Part shown: positions 61,508-64,000 of the stretch, in pieces | Numbering within the stretch: the first letter of the stretch is position 1 | How the letters are laid out: each line of letters opens with the position of its first letter | From: Vulcanimicrobiota bacterium | GTDB taxonomy: Bacteria > Vulcanimicrobiota > Vulcanimicrobiia > Vulcanimicrobiales > Vulcanimicrobiaceae | Direction of reading: 5' to 3' | Assembly (NCBI GenBank): GCA_963714015.1 | Contig: OY970223.1 | Span: 1,568,001-1,632,000, forward strand | DNA: 64,000 nt | Position numbers and translations under genes: made by a program | Notes under the pieces: model-generated | Database searches by the model: none | What the model was told of the DNA's origin: nothing | Seen by the model: only the letters and a program-made list of their open reading frames with translations

Positions 61508-62896
61508 ATGGTTCAAACGAACCCATGGACGGCGTTTCGCGCTGCGCTGTTCTCCATAGCAGCAGTTTTGGCCGCCTTTCTCGCAATGTACGGGCTGTGC
61601 GTGAAGCTCGGGCACGATCCGTCGCCCGCAGTTCTTGCCGCCGCACTGACCGTCGGGCTGATGCGGCGTCCGGAACGCGCTACGCCGGCCGGACTTTCGG
61701 CAAAGCTCGCGATGCTTCCGCTGATTGCGATGACGGCCGGCCTTATCGGAATGCTCTTTCACGCCCTACCTTTAGCCGGCGCTGCGCTTTTCACTTGCGC
61801 GGTTGCCGTATCCGTATGGCTGCGCAACTTCGGTGAACGGGGTGCGGCGGCCGGGGGCGTTATCGCGCTCTCATTCATGGCGATTCTGGTGGTTCCCGTG
61901 CGCCCCGGAACGGGAGCGGAAAGAGTGACGACCGCGGTTCTAGTCGTGCTCGCCGGCGTCTTTGCTTTTCTCATCGCAGCGGTTTTCGCGCGGCTCAGTT
62001 CGCGCGCGGGCGTCGTTTCTGAGTCAAGTTCATCGCGCTTACAACGACGGCGAGTGCGCGAAGGCGCCATGCCGCCGGCGACGCGGGGAGCGCTGCAAAT
62101 GTTTGCGGCTCTGGCGTTCGCATTCGCGTGCGGTTTAACGATCTTTCACCAGCATTGGCCTTGGGTCGTGCTGAGCTCGTTCATCGTCACCAGCGGCGCT
62201 ATGGGACGCGGCGATGCGGTGTACAAAGCTCTGCTGCGCTTCGGCGGGGCGGCCGGCGGCACGCTGTGCGCCCTGTTCATCGCTCAGATCCATTTTCCAA
62301 ATTCAACCGGGTATGCCACGGCGATCTTTGGCGTGTTGTTCCTGGGAATCTGGCTGCGCCAAATCAACTATGTGTATTGGGCCGCAGGCGCGACGCTGAT
62401 CTTCGCGTTGCTGCAAGGAACGCAGGGCGCCTCGCTTCCGTTGTTCGGCATTCGCGTCCTATGCATCGCCGCGGGGGCGCTGTGCGGGATTGCGGCCACA
62501 TGGTTCGTCTATCCGGTTCACACGGAAAACGTCGTGCGACTGCGAGTCGCCGAAGCGCTTGGCGCGCTGCGTGAAATTCTGGCCGCGCATGCCGCGGGAG
62601 AACTGCACGAGTCCCATTGGGAAACGGTGCGCCATCACGAGGCGCAACTGAGCCGCGTCGCTCCGCCCGTGCGCCTGCACCGCGCCGTATTCGGTGCAGC
62701 GGACGCCGACGCGCATCCCGCGGCGCTGATTGAACGCATGCGTGAACTGCTGCGGCACCTGCGCGATCCCGGCTTGGATCGCCGGGATGTTGGAGGCGAA
62801 ATGCGCAGGATCGGCGAGATCCTCAAACGGCGCTCAGAGCGAGTCCGTGCGGACGGACGCATGCCTGAACCGCCAAGCGGCACCGATAAAGTTTGA
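61508..62896 (+). CDS. FUSC-family membrane protein
   Basis: About 10 TM helices; HWPWVVLS...R..G..GG motif. Confidence 0.82.
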   Translation: MVQTNPWTAFRAALFSIAAVLAAFLAMYGLCVKLGHDPSPAVLAAALTVGLMRRPERATPAGLSAKLAMLPLIAMTAGLIGMLFHALPLAGAALFTCAVAVSVWLRNFGERGAAAGGVIALSFMAILVVPVRPGTGAERVTTAVLVVLAGVFAFLIAAVFARLSSRAGVVSESSSSRLQRRRVREGAMPPATRGALQMFAALAFAFACGLTIFHQHWPWVVLSSFIVTSGAMGRGDAVYKALLRFGGAAGGTLCALFIAQIHFPNSTGYATAIFGVLFLGIWLRQINYVYWAAGATLIFALLQGTQGASLPLFGIRVLCIAAGALCGIAATWFVYPVHTENVVRLRVAEALGALREILAAHAAGELHESHWETVRHHEAQLSRVAPPVRLHRAVFGAADADAHPAALIERMRELLRHLRDPGLDRRDVGGEMRRIGEILKRRSERVRADGRMPEPPSGTDKV

Positions 62897-62929
62897 ATCG
62901 CATCCCGCATCGAATCTCCCTAAGATTCC

Positions 62930-64000
62930 ATGACGACCACCGATAAGCCGCTTAGTCAGATCCTCTCCCAAATTCCGGATGCGCCGGGCGTGTACATGAT
63001 GATCGCGCGCAACGGGGATGTGTTGTACATCGGGAAAGCGGTCTCGCTGCGCAATCGCGTGCGGTCCTATTTTCAGGATAGCGCCGCGCATCACGTGCGC
63101 ACGCAGGCAATGGTCGAACGCGTCGCCGACGTCCGAACGATCGTCGTGACGAACGAGGTCGAGGCGCTCATTCTGGAAGCCAACCTTATCAAGCGCTATC
63201 AGCCTCCGTACAACGTTCGGCTGCGCGACGATAAGCGCTATCCCTATCTGAAGGTGACGAACGAACCGTTTCCGCGCGTGGTCTTTACTCGCGTGGTCAA
63301 GGACGACGGTGCGCGCTATTTTGGGCCCTACACGAACGCGCACGGACTGCGCGAGCTTATCAATCTCGTCCGTCTGGTTTTTCCGCTGCGCACGTGCCTG
63401 GAGCCGATAGACGGCCGGCGGCGACGCCCGTGCCTGCAATATCACATCAAACGCTGTCTTGCGCCTTGCGTCGGTTATCAAAGCCGGGACGAGTACGATC
63501 GCATGATCGAAGAAGTCGTGCTCTTTCTGGAAGGCAAACAAGAGTCGCTGCTCGGGCGCCTGCAAGGCGAAATGGTGCATGCCGCCGAGGGCTACAATTT
63601 CGAGACGGCGGCGCGAATACGCGATCGCATCGTGGCCGTTCGGCGCGTTACCGAGGCGCAGAAGGTCGTCTGGCGATCGCGCTTGGACATGGATCTCATC
63701 GCCGTCAGCTCGCGCGCAAGGGCAAGCCTGTATGCAAGTGTTCATGGTTCGCGGCGGGAAGTTGATCGGGCAGGAACATTTCATTCTCGATGGTGTGTTC
63801 GAACAGACCGAAGCCGAGCTGTTCAGTGAATTCGTCAAGCAGTTCTACACCGCGCGCACTGCCGGAGCGCCCGATTCGGGGATTTCCCCGCTTGCGCAGC
63901 TGCGCGCAGCGCGTGACAATCAGGCGCCGGTGCCGATCAAGACGCGCCGCTCGCGGGGCAGCGCGAGCGCAATTCCCAAAGAAGTCCTGGTTCAAGGGTT
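62930..64000 (+). CDS. uvrC: Excinuclease ABC subunit C, 3'-partial (frameshift near 63710)
   Basis: PGVY...YIGKA..LR.RV.SYF (GIY-YIG), P.YN..L.DDK.YPY, CL.YHIKRC.APC, FE.AA..RD. Confidence 0.96.

Noticed and set aside
1..64000. CRISPR arrays, IS elements, prophage or defence genes
   Set aside because: No regularly spaced repeats, terminal inverted repeats, transposase, integrase or phage proteins were seen.

Overview
GC-rich bacterial chromosomal window, densely coding, with no integrase, transposase, CRISPR array or prophage. The organism is probably a diderm Terrabacteria member (inference: TolC together with a Firmicutes-like miaB-mutS-mutL-miaA-hfq order and der-plsY; Candidatus Eremiobacterota/Vulcanimicrobiota would fit). 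Roughly 30 single-base frameshifts break otherwise intact genes, including mutS and uvrC. They look like long-read consensus errors, so split ORFs are reported as single genes. Contents in order: end of an efflux operon (MFP, TolC); three tandem peptide-binding ABC lipoproteins; an S2P protease/hypothetical/GT87 operon; NDH-2-like oxidoreductase; DRE-TIM synthase; a PDZ-membrane-GAF protein preceded by a small peptide ORF; a ~170-nt rod-shaped RNA (6S-like) with its own promoter; two tandem DppA D-aminopeptidases; SprT-like protein; M1 aminopeptidase; fumC; an 11-gene hopanoid cluster (hpnI, hpnK, divergent from polyprenyl synthase, fni, hpnC, hpnD, hpnE, shc, hpnH, hpnA, hpnG); GAF-GGDEF-EAL; efp; a Zn metalloprotease; plsY-der; a long miaB-mutSL-osmC-miaA-hfq-dapF-GNAT-radical SAM-antiporter run; two TrkA subunits; tRNA-Pro(CGG); a Tat-exported glycosylasparaginase; FUSC; and the start of uvrC. 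Best candidates for undescribed biology: the 6S-like RNA, the peptide plus PDZ-GAF receptor pair, the GNAT plus orphan radical SAM pair, and two small ORFs.
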